DNA from: Polyangiales bacterium | GTDB taxonomy: Bacteria; Myxococcota_A; Polyangia; Polyangiales; Polyangiaceae | DNA: 34,264 nucleotides | Direction: 5' to 3' | Assembly (NCBI GenBank): GCA_038230375.1 | Contig: JBBRNJ010000086.1 | Coordinates: 1-34,264, forward strand | In this document: one piece after another, positions 8,747 to 16,751 of the stretch | Position numbering within the stretch: position 1 is the first letter of the stretch | Layout of the letters: every line of letters starts with the position of its first letter | Program-made: the position numbers and the translations under genes | Notes under the pieces: model-generated | Told to the model about the DNA's origin: nothing | The model's input: only the letters and a program-made list of their open reading frames with translations | The model's database searches: none

Positions 8747-8958
8747 GCAGGGCTATCGAGCAACCGCTGGGCCAACTTTCGTCTCAAACAAGTCGCCCAC
8801 TTCCGGGCGCTGAATGGATCGTGGGGGATCCGACGTCTACTTCGATGCACCACCTCTATCTCTCGGAAACCTAAGGGAGTATCCTCAATAGTCGCACGCG
8901 GGAACACATCTGCCGCGCGCGCTTGCTCTCTCCTACGGCCCGCGTCGACTCCTCTACT

Positions 8959-9579
8959 ATGTCCAAGAAGAGCCCCTACAAGGGTCCCGACCGCTTCACC
9001 ATCGCGGCCAAGCAGGCCGGATATCCCGCGCGGAGCGTCTTCAAGCTCGAGGAGATCGATCGCCGCGTGAAGCTCCTTCGGCCGGGGATGAGCGTGCTCG
9101 ATCTCGGGGCATCGCCCGGCAGCTGGAGCCTGTATGCGGCGCAGAAGATCGGGCGCAACGGGCACCTGCTCGCGATGGATCTGAAGGAGCTCGAGACGGC
9201 GCTGCCGGCCCAGGCAACGTTCTTCACGGGCGACGCTTTGTCGCTTTCGAACGAGACGCTCCAAACGTACGCTCCCTACGACGTCGTCCTCTCGGACATG
9301 GCGCCGAACACCACGGGCAACCGCCTGGGTGATCAGACACGGAGCTTCGAGCTTTTCATGCGCGCGGTGGACGTCGCAATCGAGCTCCTCGCAGAAGGGG
9401 GAGCCTTCGTCGGCAAGATCTTCATGGGGGAGGATCTTCCGCTCGCGCGCGCCCATGTGAAGAAGCACTTCGCGGAGGAGCGCCTCATTCGCCCCGAGGG
9501 CACGCGCTCCGTGAGCTACGAGCTCTTCTGCATTGGAACACAGCGCAACGGACAGAAGCCTGCGGGGAAGAGCGCGTGA
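8959..9579 (+). CDS. rlmE: 23S rRNA Um2552 2'-O-methyltransferase (RlmE/RrmJ/FtsJ)
   Basis: GY.ARSVFKLEEID, DLGASPGSWS, VLSDMAPNTTG, FVGK, S.E.F (K-D-K-E tetrad). Confidence 0.95.
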   Translation: MSKKSPYKGPDRFTIAAKQAGYPARSVFKLEEIDRRVKLLRPGMSVLDLGASPGSWSLYAAQKIGRNGHLLAMDLKELETALPAQATFFTGDALSLSNETLQTYAPYDVVLSDMAPNTTGNRLGDQTRSFELFMRAVDVAIELLAEGGAFVGKIFMGEDLPLARAHVKKHFAEERLIRPEGTRSVSYELFCIGTQRNGQKPAGKSA

Positions 9580-12500
9580 ACACCGTCGGCGACAGAGAAG
9601 CGCGGCTTCTCGGCGGACGCTTCCTGGTGGAGCGCGAGGTCGGGCGCGGCGGCGTGGGCATAGTCTACCGGGCCAAGGACGAGATCACGGGCGAGCACGT
9701 CGCGCTCAAGGTCATCGCGCTCTCCGGTGTGGATGCCAGCGAGGAGGCGCGCTTCGGTCGTGAGGGACGCGTGCTCGCGGGCCTTCATCACCCGGGCATC
9801 GTGCGCGTCGTTTCGTTCGGCATGCTGGACGAGAGCCAGCAGCCGTACGTGGCCATGGAGTGGCTCGAGGGCGAGGACATCGCGCAGCGACAGAGGCGTG
9901 CGCCGCTGAATTTGGGCGACGCGCTCGAGGTCGCCGCGCAGATGGCGGATGCGCTCGCCTATGCACACGACGCTGGGATCGTTCATCGCGACATCAAGCC
10001 GTCCAACGTGATCATCTGCAAGTACGGGCCTGCCGGTGGAGGTGGCAGCGCCCCGTTCGCGGCCAAGCTGGTGGACTTTGGCGTGGCCTCCGCGGAGGAC
10101 GCCAAGCTCACGCGCACTGGCGCCATCATCGGGACGCCCGCATACATGGCGCCCGAGCAGGCCCGCGGCGACTCCGAGGTGGACGCACGCGCGGACATCT
10201 ACGGCCTGGGCGCCACGCTGTTCGAGATGATCGCCGGACGTCCACCGCACGTGGGCCCCACGCCCATTGCCATCCTCGCAAGGCTCGTGACCACGCCTGC
10301 GCCGCGGCTCATGGAGATCGTCCCCGAGGCGCCCATGGTCCTGGACGAGCTGCTCGGCGAGATGCTCGCCACATTCCCGGACGAACGGCCCGCAAAGGCC
10401 GCCGACGTTGCGAGACGCATCCGCGAGATCCGCACCAGGCTCGCCACAGAGCCGCGCGTGATCAACGTGCCCTCCATCCGCGAGTCCGAGGCGCCCATGA
10501 GCATGGGCTCGATCGTGCTCTCCGCGCCGAAGTCCGGCGGCGGCACGCGCCTGGTGACCAGCATTCTTGCCACGCACGTGCCCAAGGGCCCCGCACGCGC
10601 GCGCCTCATCGCGCATCTTCGCGCTCGAGGCGCAGAGGCCACGGAGCTGGGCGGCGACGCGATCGTCGCGCACCTGGGCGTTCGCAAGGCCCTCGGCGAC
10701 GAGGCCGCGCGTGCGATCGATCTTGGCGCGCGCCTGGCCAAGGTGAACGCGGCCGTTGGCATTGCCACCGGCAGAACGCGTGTAGATCGCACGCGTCCCA
10801 CGGGAGAGGTCGTGGACCGCGCGGCCGCGCTTGCACGCGACGCGGAGCGCGGACAGGTCCTTGTGGACACGACCACGAGCGAGCTCGCACGCGGCCGCTA
10901 CGAGCTTCAGGTCCGCAGCGACGGCACGGCTTCTGTGGGCAACGTCGTACGCCAGAAGAAGGACTACACCGGCGGCGCGCCGTTCGTCGGTCGCGAGGCG
11001 GAGCTCTCGCAGATCATGAGCGCGTACGAGCGCTGCGAGGAAGACCACACGCCCGTCGTGGTCACCATCACCGGGGCTCCCGGGATCGGCAAGACGCGCC
11101 TCCGCCGCGAGGCCGTGTCCATGATCGGCTTGCATCCATCCGGTCCGAAGCTCGCCATGGTCCGCTGCGAGACGTTCGCGCAGGGCCACGCGCTCGGCAT
11201 CATGGCCGACATCGCACGTGGGCTCACGGGCATGCCAAAGGGCACCAGCCTGGAGGCCGCACGAGACGCCACTGCAACGCTGGAGCTCGGCCCCGCGGTC
11301 CCGGCGAGCACGGCGGAGCTCATTGCGTGCCTCATCGCGAACGAGGCCTTGCCCGAAGTGGACGACGCGCGCGGCGCCCGAGACGCGCTGTGGATCGCGC
11401 TCACCGATCTTGGTCTTCGCGTTGCAGCGGTACAGCCGCTCGTCATCGCCGTTGAAGACGCGCAGTGGGCCGACGTGGAGTCCCTCGCGTGGCTGGACCA
11501 CTTGCTCGCGCGTGCGGGCGGCGCATCCGTCGCCGTCATCGCCACCGCGCGGCCCACGCTCTGGCGCGATGATCCCAAGCGGTTCGCCGGACGCGATCAC
11601 GTCCGCATCGAGCTGCGCCCGCTCTCCAAGCGCACCGTGCGCGCCATCGCAAAGGCGATGCTCGGCGAGAAGGCCGTTGGCGAGGCAGGCGAGCAGCTCA
11701 CCGACGTGATTGCCAATCAGGCCGCAGGCTCACCACTGTTCGCGGAGGAGCTCGCACGGCTCGCGGCGCAGGGCCGTGATGCGGTGGCGGCACCCACGAT
11801 CGAGGCGGCCATCCAGGTGAACCTCGACGCACTCGACGAGGACGTCCGCGACGCAGCCGCCCGTATGAGCGTGTTCGGTCCCACGGGTTGGGAGGCCGCG
11901 CTCGTGGAGCTGGGAGTCTCTGACCCCACGGAAAAGCTGCGGGCGCTGGTGGGCGCGGAGCTCCTGGTGGAGCAGGCCACGAGCCGCTTCAAGGGCACGC
12001 GTGAGTTCGCGTTCAAGCATGGCCTCACGCGCGAGGTCGCGTACGCATCCCTTGGCGACGACAGCCTGAAGGAGCTCCACGCGAGCGTCGGCCGCTGGCT
12101 CGCGCGCATGGGCGAGGACGACGCGACCGTGGCACGTCACCTGGAGATGGGCGGCGAGGCCGTCGCGGCGTCTGCATACATGGAGAAGGCCGCACGACGC
12201 GCGCTCGCGGCCAATGCGCTGGACGCGGCCGTTGGTCTTGCAGAGAAGGCTCTCGCGTTCGCGGAGGACAAGCCTACGCAGTTTGCGCGCGCACAGCTTC
12301 TGGACGAGGCATGGTCACGTCTTGATGCGCGCGCGGGCGAACGCGACTCCGCCGTGCGCGCCATGCAGGAGGCGGTCTACGACGACGCGAGTGATGTGCG
12401 TGCACGCGGCGCGCGCCTGCGCTTCGAGGACGCGTGCGGCGGAGGACTCGAGACGAGCTCCTTGCTCGAGCGGGTCATCGTGGATGCGCAGAAGGCGAAG

Positions 12501-13514
12501 ATCCCGGACGAAGAGGCAAGAAGCGCCGCCGCGCTTGCCGCCCGCTACGCGTACGCCGGAGACGTGGACCGCGCCGCCGACGTGGCCGATTCGCTGCTCA
12601 CGCTCGCGCAGAAACACGGCATTGCAGGCGCCGCGGTGGATGCGTGGCAGACGCTCGCTGTCGTGCGCCAGACGCGCGGCGACGTGGGCGCTGCGCTGGA
12701 AGCACGTCGCAGCGCGGCGCGTACCGCTGCAGAGGCAGGCCTGAAGACCCGCGAGGCCACGCTCACCATCAACGTGGGCTTCGCGCTCACCACGCTGGGC
12801 GCCAAGCACGAGGCACGCGTCGCGATCGAAGCGGGCATCGCGCTCGCGCAGGCCGTCGGCTCGCCGGGCACCGTCCGTCACGGCCAGATGATCCTGCTCT
12901 GCTGGGCCGCCACGTTCGGAAAGGATCCCGCGCTGGACGCGCTCTTGTCGGAGCCCCGCAGCGTGGCGGACGCAGCGCTCGCGGGAAGCTGGGTCCCACA
13001 CGATCGCGCCACGCTCGGCATCCTCTACTATCGCGGCGCGGAGCTCCTGCGTGACGGCACCGCCAACGCAGACAAGGCGCGCACGCTGCTCAAGGCCGCC
13101 GCGAACGGCTACCGCGCCACCAAGATGCTGGACGTGGTGCCTGGCGCGCTCGGACTCTGGTCGGAGGCCGAGCGCCTCGCCGGTGATCACGCGCGTGCCC
13201 TCGCGCTCGCAAGCGAAGCCGCCGACCTGCTCGAGTCCGGCTCCGTGAGCCTCTTGAACGAGGCGCCCGTCTTCCTTGCGCTACACGATGCCTACGTGGC
13301 GGACGGCAAGATCGAAGAGGCGAAGGCGGCCATCAAGCGCGGCATCCCACGCTTGCAGACACGCGTGCGCGGCCTTTCGGGCACGCCGTACGCGAAGGAC
13401 TTTCTCAGCGAGCTCGCGCCAAACGCCGGCCTCATTGCAGCGGCCCGCAAGTACTGCTCGCTGCCGGACGATCTCGCGCAGATCCTCACGGACGCCGCGA
13501 AGACGGAGCCCTGA
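9576..13514 (+). CDS. Ser/Thr protein kinase + degenerate class III cyclase-like domain + STAND/AAA ATPase + TPR-like helical region
   Basis: GRGGVG, VALK, HRDIKPSN, DFG, GTPAYMAPEQ; FVGREAEL, Walker A GAPGIGKT, Walker B VIAVEDAQWAD, GSPLFAEEL, FAFKH; GTGA overlap with rlmE. Confidence 0.92.
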   Translation: MNTVGDREARLLGGRFLVEREVGRGGVGIVYRAKDEITGEHVALKVIALSGVDASEEARFGREGRVLAGLHHPGIVRVVSFGMLDESQQPYVAMEWLEGEDIAQRQRRAPLNLGDALEVAAQMADALAYAHDAGIVHRDIKPSNVIICKYGPAGGGGSAPFAAKLVDFGVASAEDAKLTRTGAIIGTPAYMAPEQARGDSEVDARADIYGLGATLFEMIAGRPPHVGPTPIAILARLVTTPAPRLMEIVPEAPMVLDELLGEMLATFPDERPAKAADVARRIREIRTRLATEPRVINVPSIRESEAPMSMGSIVLSAPKSGGGTRLVTSILATHVPKGPARARLIAHLRARGAEATELGGDAIVAHLGVRKALGDEAARAIDLGARLAKVNAAVGIATGRTRVDRTRPTGEVVDRAAALARDAERGQVLVDTTTSELARGRYELQVRSDGTASVGNVVRQKKDYTGGAPFVGREAELSQIMSAYERCEEDHTPVVVTITGAPGIGKTRLRREAVSMIGLHPSGPKLAMVRCETFAQGHALGIMADIARGLTGMPKGTSLEAARDATATLELGPAVPASTAELIACLIANEALPEVDDARGARDALWIALTDLGLRVAAVQPLVIAVEDAQWADVESLAWLDHLLARAGGASVAVIATARPTLWRDDPKRFAGRDHVRIELRPLSKRTVRAIAKAMLGEKAVGEAGEQLTDVIANQAAGSPLFAEELARLAAQGRDAVAAPTIEAAIQVNLDALDEDVRDAAARMSVFGPTGWEAALVELGVSDPTEKLRALVGAELLVEQATSRFKGTREFAFKHGLTREVAYASLGDDSLKELHASVGRWLARMGEDDATVARHLEMGGEAVAASAYMEKAARRALAANALDAAVGLAEKALAFAEDKPTQFARAQLLDEAWSRLDARAGERDSAVRAMQEAVYDDASDVRARGARLRFEDACGGGLETSSLLERVIVDAQKAKIPDEEARSAAALAARYAYAGDVDRAADVADSLLTLAQKHGIAGAAVDAWQTLAVVRQTRGDVGAALEARRSAARTAAEAGLKTREATLTINVGFALTTLGAKHEARVAIEAGIALAQAVGSPGTVRHGQMILLCWAATFGKDPALDALLSEPRSVADAALAGSWVPHDRATLGILYYRGAELLRDGTANADKARTLLKAAANGYRATKMLDVVPGALGLWSEAERLAGDHARALALASEAADLLESGSVSLLNEAPVFLALHDAYVADGKIEEAKAAIKRGIPRLQTRVRGLSGTPYAKDFLSELAPNAGLIAAARKYCSLPDDLAQILTDAAKTEP

Positions 13515-14093
13515 GTGGCCACGCCGCGGCGTCATGACATCCTGCGCGCGGCCAGGCGGCTCTTCGGCCACTATGGTCCGCAGAAGACCACGGTCACGGA
13601 CATCGCGCGTGAAGCGAACTGCGCTGTGGGCTCGGTGTACCTGGATTTTCAGTCAAAGGAGGAGATCGTCGAGGCGCTCTCCCGCGAAGAATGGGGCGCC
13701 GTGCTCACCGCCATGCGCGAGCGCGCCACCAGGAAGTCCGATGCATTCGGACCGCGCTTCCTGGGCGTGCTGTCCGTTCGGACCACCACCTTCCTGGACG
13801 TGAGAGACGCCGGCGCTCATCAGAAAGAGCTCTTCGTCTGCCGCATCGCATGCGTTCACACGCCGCGCGCGCGCTTCGAGGACGAGGAGCAGGAGCTCTT
13901 TGCGGAGCTCTTCCTGGCTGCGCGCGAGAAGGGCGAATGCGACGTGAGGGACGCACGCAAGACCGCGCGCGCCGTGCAGCGCTGTATCGCAGCCGTCTCC
14001 CCTCCCCGCGTCTTCGAACACGACCGCGACGAAGCCGAGCTCATCACCCGAGACATCGGCAAGCTCCTGCTCTCGGGCCTCGCGTCACGCTAG
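13515..14093 (+). CDS. TetR/AcrR family transcriptional regulator
   Basis: IL.AA..LF...G...TTV.DIA.EA....GSVY..F.SKEE HTH; start abuts the kinase stop codon. Confidence 0.93.
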   Translation: MATPRRHDILRAARRLFGHYGPQKTTVTDIAREANCAVGSVYLDFQSKEEIVEALSREEWGAVLTAMRERATRKSDAFGPRFLGVLSVRTTTFLDVRDAGAHQKELFVCRIACVHTPRARFEDEEQELFAELFLAAREKGECDVRDARKTARAVQRCIAAVSPPRVFEHDRDEAELITRDIGKLLLSGLASR

Positions 14094-14206
14094 ATGAGGT
14101 CGCGGCACAGGGACGCGCAACGTAACCACTTGTTCCCGGACGTCATGCGGAACTGCACAAGCGCGAAGAAGATGCGCGTGCTTCACGAATAAGCGAGGGT
14201 CATGCC

Positions 14207-14242
14207 TTGACGGAGGAATGAATGAATTTAGTTTTCATTCAT
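14207..14242 (+). promoter_or_regulatory. sigma70-type lon promoter (TTGACG 14207-14212; TAGTTT 14229-14234) overlapped by inverted repeat ATGAATGAA-N7-TTCATTCAT (14218-14242), a likely repressor operator
   Basis: Perfect 9-bp AT-rich inverted repeat in a GC-rich genome, straddling the -10. Confidence 0.7.
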
Positions 14243-14247
14243 CCCTC

Positions 14248-16650
14248 ATGAATTCCACACTCCCGCTCCTGCCTCTCCGCACTGGTGCACTCCTCCCCTC
14301 CACCACCCTCTCACTCGCCGTAGGCCGCGCGCGCTCCGTGGCGTTGACGCGGACGCTGCGCAACGGCGACGTCATCGTCACGTTTCCCCAGAAGCAGGCC
14401 CGGAAGGAGTCTCCTGACAGGGATGACCTCTTCGATGTAGGCACGTTTGCCATCGTTCGCCAGGTCGTCCGGCGCGGGCAGGACGAATATCAGCTCACGC
14501 TCGAGGGGCTCGGGCGCGCGAGCCTCATCAAGATCGACGACACCTCCCAGCCGTACCTGATGGCAGAGGTCAGCCGCATCGAGGACATCGACGGCGCGAC
14601 CGAGGAGGCCATCGGACTGGGCCGCGCACTGCGCGCTCAGATCACGGAGATGGTCGCCGACGGTGGCGGCGCCGTCTCGCAGCTGGACGCCGGCGATGAC
14701 GAGCCCGGGAAGATCGCGGATCAGGTGGCGAGTCACCTTGGTCTCCCTACGGACGCCGAGGTGCAGGTCCTCGGCCAGGCCAACGTGCCCGAGCGAGTGC
14801 GCCTGGTCGCGCGCTTGCTCGGCGAGGTGAAGACCAAGGCAGAGGTACGGACGCGCATCGATCAAGAGGTGCGCAAGGAGGTCGGCAAGACCCAGCGCGA
14901 GCATGTGCTGCGTGAGCAGATGCGCGCCATCAAGCGCGAGCTCGGCGACGACGACGACGACCTGCGCGCGCTGAAGGACAGGCTGGACGCTGCGAACCTG
15001 CCCGAGGAGGCCCGCAAGGTGGCGGACAAGACGCTCGATCGACTCGAGCGACAGGGTCAGAGCGCGGAGTCCCACGTGCTTCGCAATCACCTGGAGCTCA
15101 TAGCGGACATGCCGTGGACCAAGTCCGCGGAGGGCGCGGTGGACATCGACGCCATCTCGGAGAAGCTCGATCGCGACCACTTCGGGCTCACGGATGTGAA
15201 GAAGCGGATCCTGGAGCACATGGCTGTGCTCAGGCTTGCCGGACAGAAGCGCGGCACCATCCTGTGCCTCGTCGGACCTCCGGGCGTCGGCAAGACGTCG
15301 CTCGGTCAGTCGATCGCGGACGCCACCGGCAGGCCGCTCGTGCGTGTGTCGCTCGGCGGCGTGCGCGATGAAGCGGAGATCCGCGGGCACCGCCGGACGT
15401 ACGTCGGCGCGCTCCCCGGTCGCATCGTGACGGCGATGAAGAAGGCCGCGGTGAAGAACCCAGTCGTGCTCCTGGATGAGGTCGACAAGCTGTCGTCCAC
15501 GTGGGGCTCACCCGAGGCCGCGCTGCTGGAGGTGCTCGATCCCGAGCAGAACAAGTCGTTCGTCGACCACTACCTGGAGGTCCCGTTCGATCTCTCGGAG
15601 GTGTTCTTCATCTGCACGGCGAACACGCTGGAGACGCTGTCTCCACCGCTCCGTGACCGCCTGGAGATCGTCGAGATCTCCGGCTACACCCCGGACGAGA
15701 AGAGCCACATCCTCTTCTCGCACCTCCTTCCCAAGCAGATCCGCCTGCACGGCCTGACGGAGAAGGATCTCGTGATCGAGAAGGCGGCAGCCACGCAGCT
15801 GATCACGGACTACACGCGAGAGGCGGGCGTGCGCCAGCTCGAGCGGGAGATCTCCCGCATCTGCAGGGCTGTCGCGCTGCAGGTGGCGAAGCGCAAGAAG
15901 GACGACGTGGTGCACGAGCCCTTCGTGATCGACGAGGCCGCGGTGGACAAGCACCTTGGCAAGCCAAAGTTCCAGAGCGAGATCGCCGAGCGCACGGCCT
16001 TTGCAGGTGTCGCGACCGGCCTTGCGTGGACGCCGTTCGGTGGAGACATCCTCTTCATCGAGACCTCGAAGATGCCCGGCAAGGGTCGCATCGAGATCAC
16101 GGGACAGCTCGGCGACGTCATGAAGGAGTCGGCGCGTGCGGCCCTCACCTTCGTTCGGAGCAACGGCGAGGCGCTCGGCATCCCGCCGTTCGAGCTGGAG
16201 AACCAGGACATCCACATCCATGTGCCCGCCGGAGCAGTCCCGAAGGACGGCCCATCCGCTGGCGTGACCATCTTCACGGCGCTCGCATCGCTGCTCTCCG
16301 GGCGGCGCGTCCGGAAGGACACCGCGATGACGGGAGAGTGCACGCTGCGTGGACGCGTGCTCCCGGTCGGAGGCATCAAGGCGAAGGTGCTCGCTGCGCA
16401 TCGCGCGGGCATCACACGCGTCATCCTTCCCCGCAAGTGCGAGCGCGATCTCGACACGTTGCCGGAGAGCATCAAGAAGGAGCTCACCTTCTTCCTGGTG
16501 GACGACATGAGCGAGGTCCTCACCGCCGCGCTGGAGTCTCCGGACGGAGACAAGCACGCTGGGGTGAGTGGCCCGGATGGATCGGGATCTCACCAGCCCG
16601 AGGGCACTAGACCGAACGCGAACCCAGGAAATCCCGCGCTCACGCCATAA
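14248..16650 (+). CDS. lon: ATP-dependent Lon protease (endopeptidase La)
   Basis: N-domain LPLLPLR; DHFGL.DVK.RILE; Walker A GPPGVGKT; RGHRRTYVGALPG; LLDEVDK; catalytic KDGPSAG and GGIKAK; ATG 14218 lies inside the promoter, so 14248 is preferred. Confidence 0.97.
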   Translation: MNSTLPLLPLRTGALLPSTTLSLAVGRARSVALTRTLRNGDVIVTFPQKQARKESPDRDDLFDVGTFAIVRQVVRRGQDEYQLTLEGLGRASLIKIDDTSQPYLMAEVSRIEDIDGATEEAIGLGRALRAQITEMVADGGGAVSQLDAGDDEPGKIADQVASHLGLPTDAEVQVLGQANVPERVRLVARLLGEVKTKAEVRTRIDQEVRKEVGKTQREHVLREQMRAIKRELGDDDDDLRALKDRLDAANLPEEARKVADKTLDRLERQGQSAESHVLRNHLELIADMPWTKSAEGAVDIDAISEKLDRDHFGLTDVKKRILEHMAVLRLAGQKRGTILCLVGPPGVGKTSLGQSIADATGRPLVRVSLGGVRDEAEIRGHRRTYVGALPGRIVTAMKKAAVKNPVVLLDEVDKLSSTWGSPEAALLEVLDPEQNKSFVDHYLEVPFDLSEVFFICTANTLETLSPPLRDRLEIVEISGYTPDEKSHILFSHLLPKQIRLHGLTEKDLVIEKAAATQLITDYTREAGVRQLEREISRICRAVALQVAKRKKDDVVHEPFVIDEAAVDKHLGKPKFQSEIAERTAFAGVATGLAWTPFGGDILFIETSKMPGKGRIEITGQLGDVMKESARAALTFVRSNGEALGIPPFELENQDIHIHVPAGAVPKDGPSAGVTIFTALASLLSGRRVRKDTAMTGECTLRGRVLPVGGIKAKVLAAHRAGITRVILPRKCERDLDTLPESIKKELTFFLVDDMSEVLTAALESPDGDKHAGVSGPDGSGSHQPEGTRPNANPGNPALTP

Positions 16651-16672
16651 TTCTGTCCCACGGTGTGGTCGC

Positions 16673-16710
16673 AAAAACCGCCCCCGTTGCTTCGAATGCA
16701 GCGGGGGCGG
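16673..16710. terminator. GC-rich hairpin between lon and the M4 protease gene (U-tract only on the minus strand)
   Basis: AAAAA-CCGCCCCCGTTGC-ttcgaat-GCAGCGGGGGCGG. Confidence 0.55.
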
Positions 16711-16722
16711 ACGTGTATCCGA

Positions 16723-16738
16723 TGGCGCAGGCCTTGCG
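16723..16738 (+). promoter_or_regulatory. sigma54 promoter candidate for the M4 protease
   Basis: TGGCGCAGGCCTTGCG = TGGC-N7-TTGC (GG-N10-GC). Confidence 0.55.
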
Positions 16739-16751
16739 ATGTTCTCCCACC

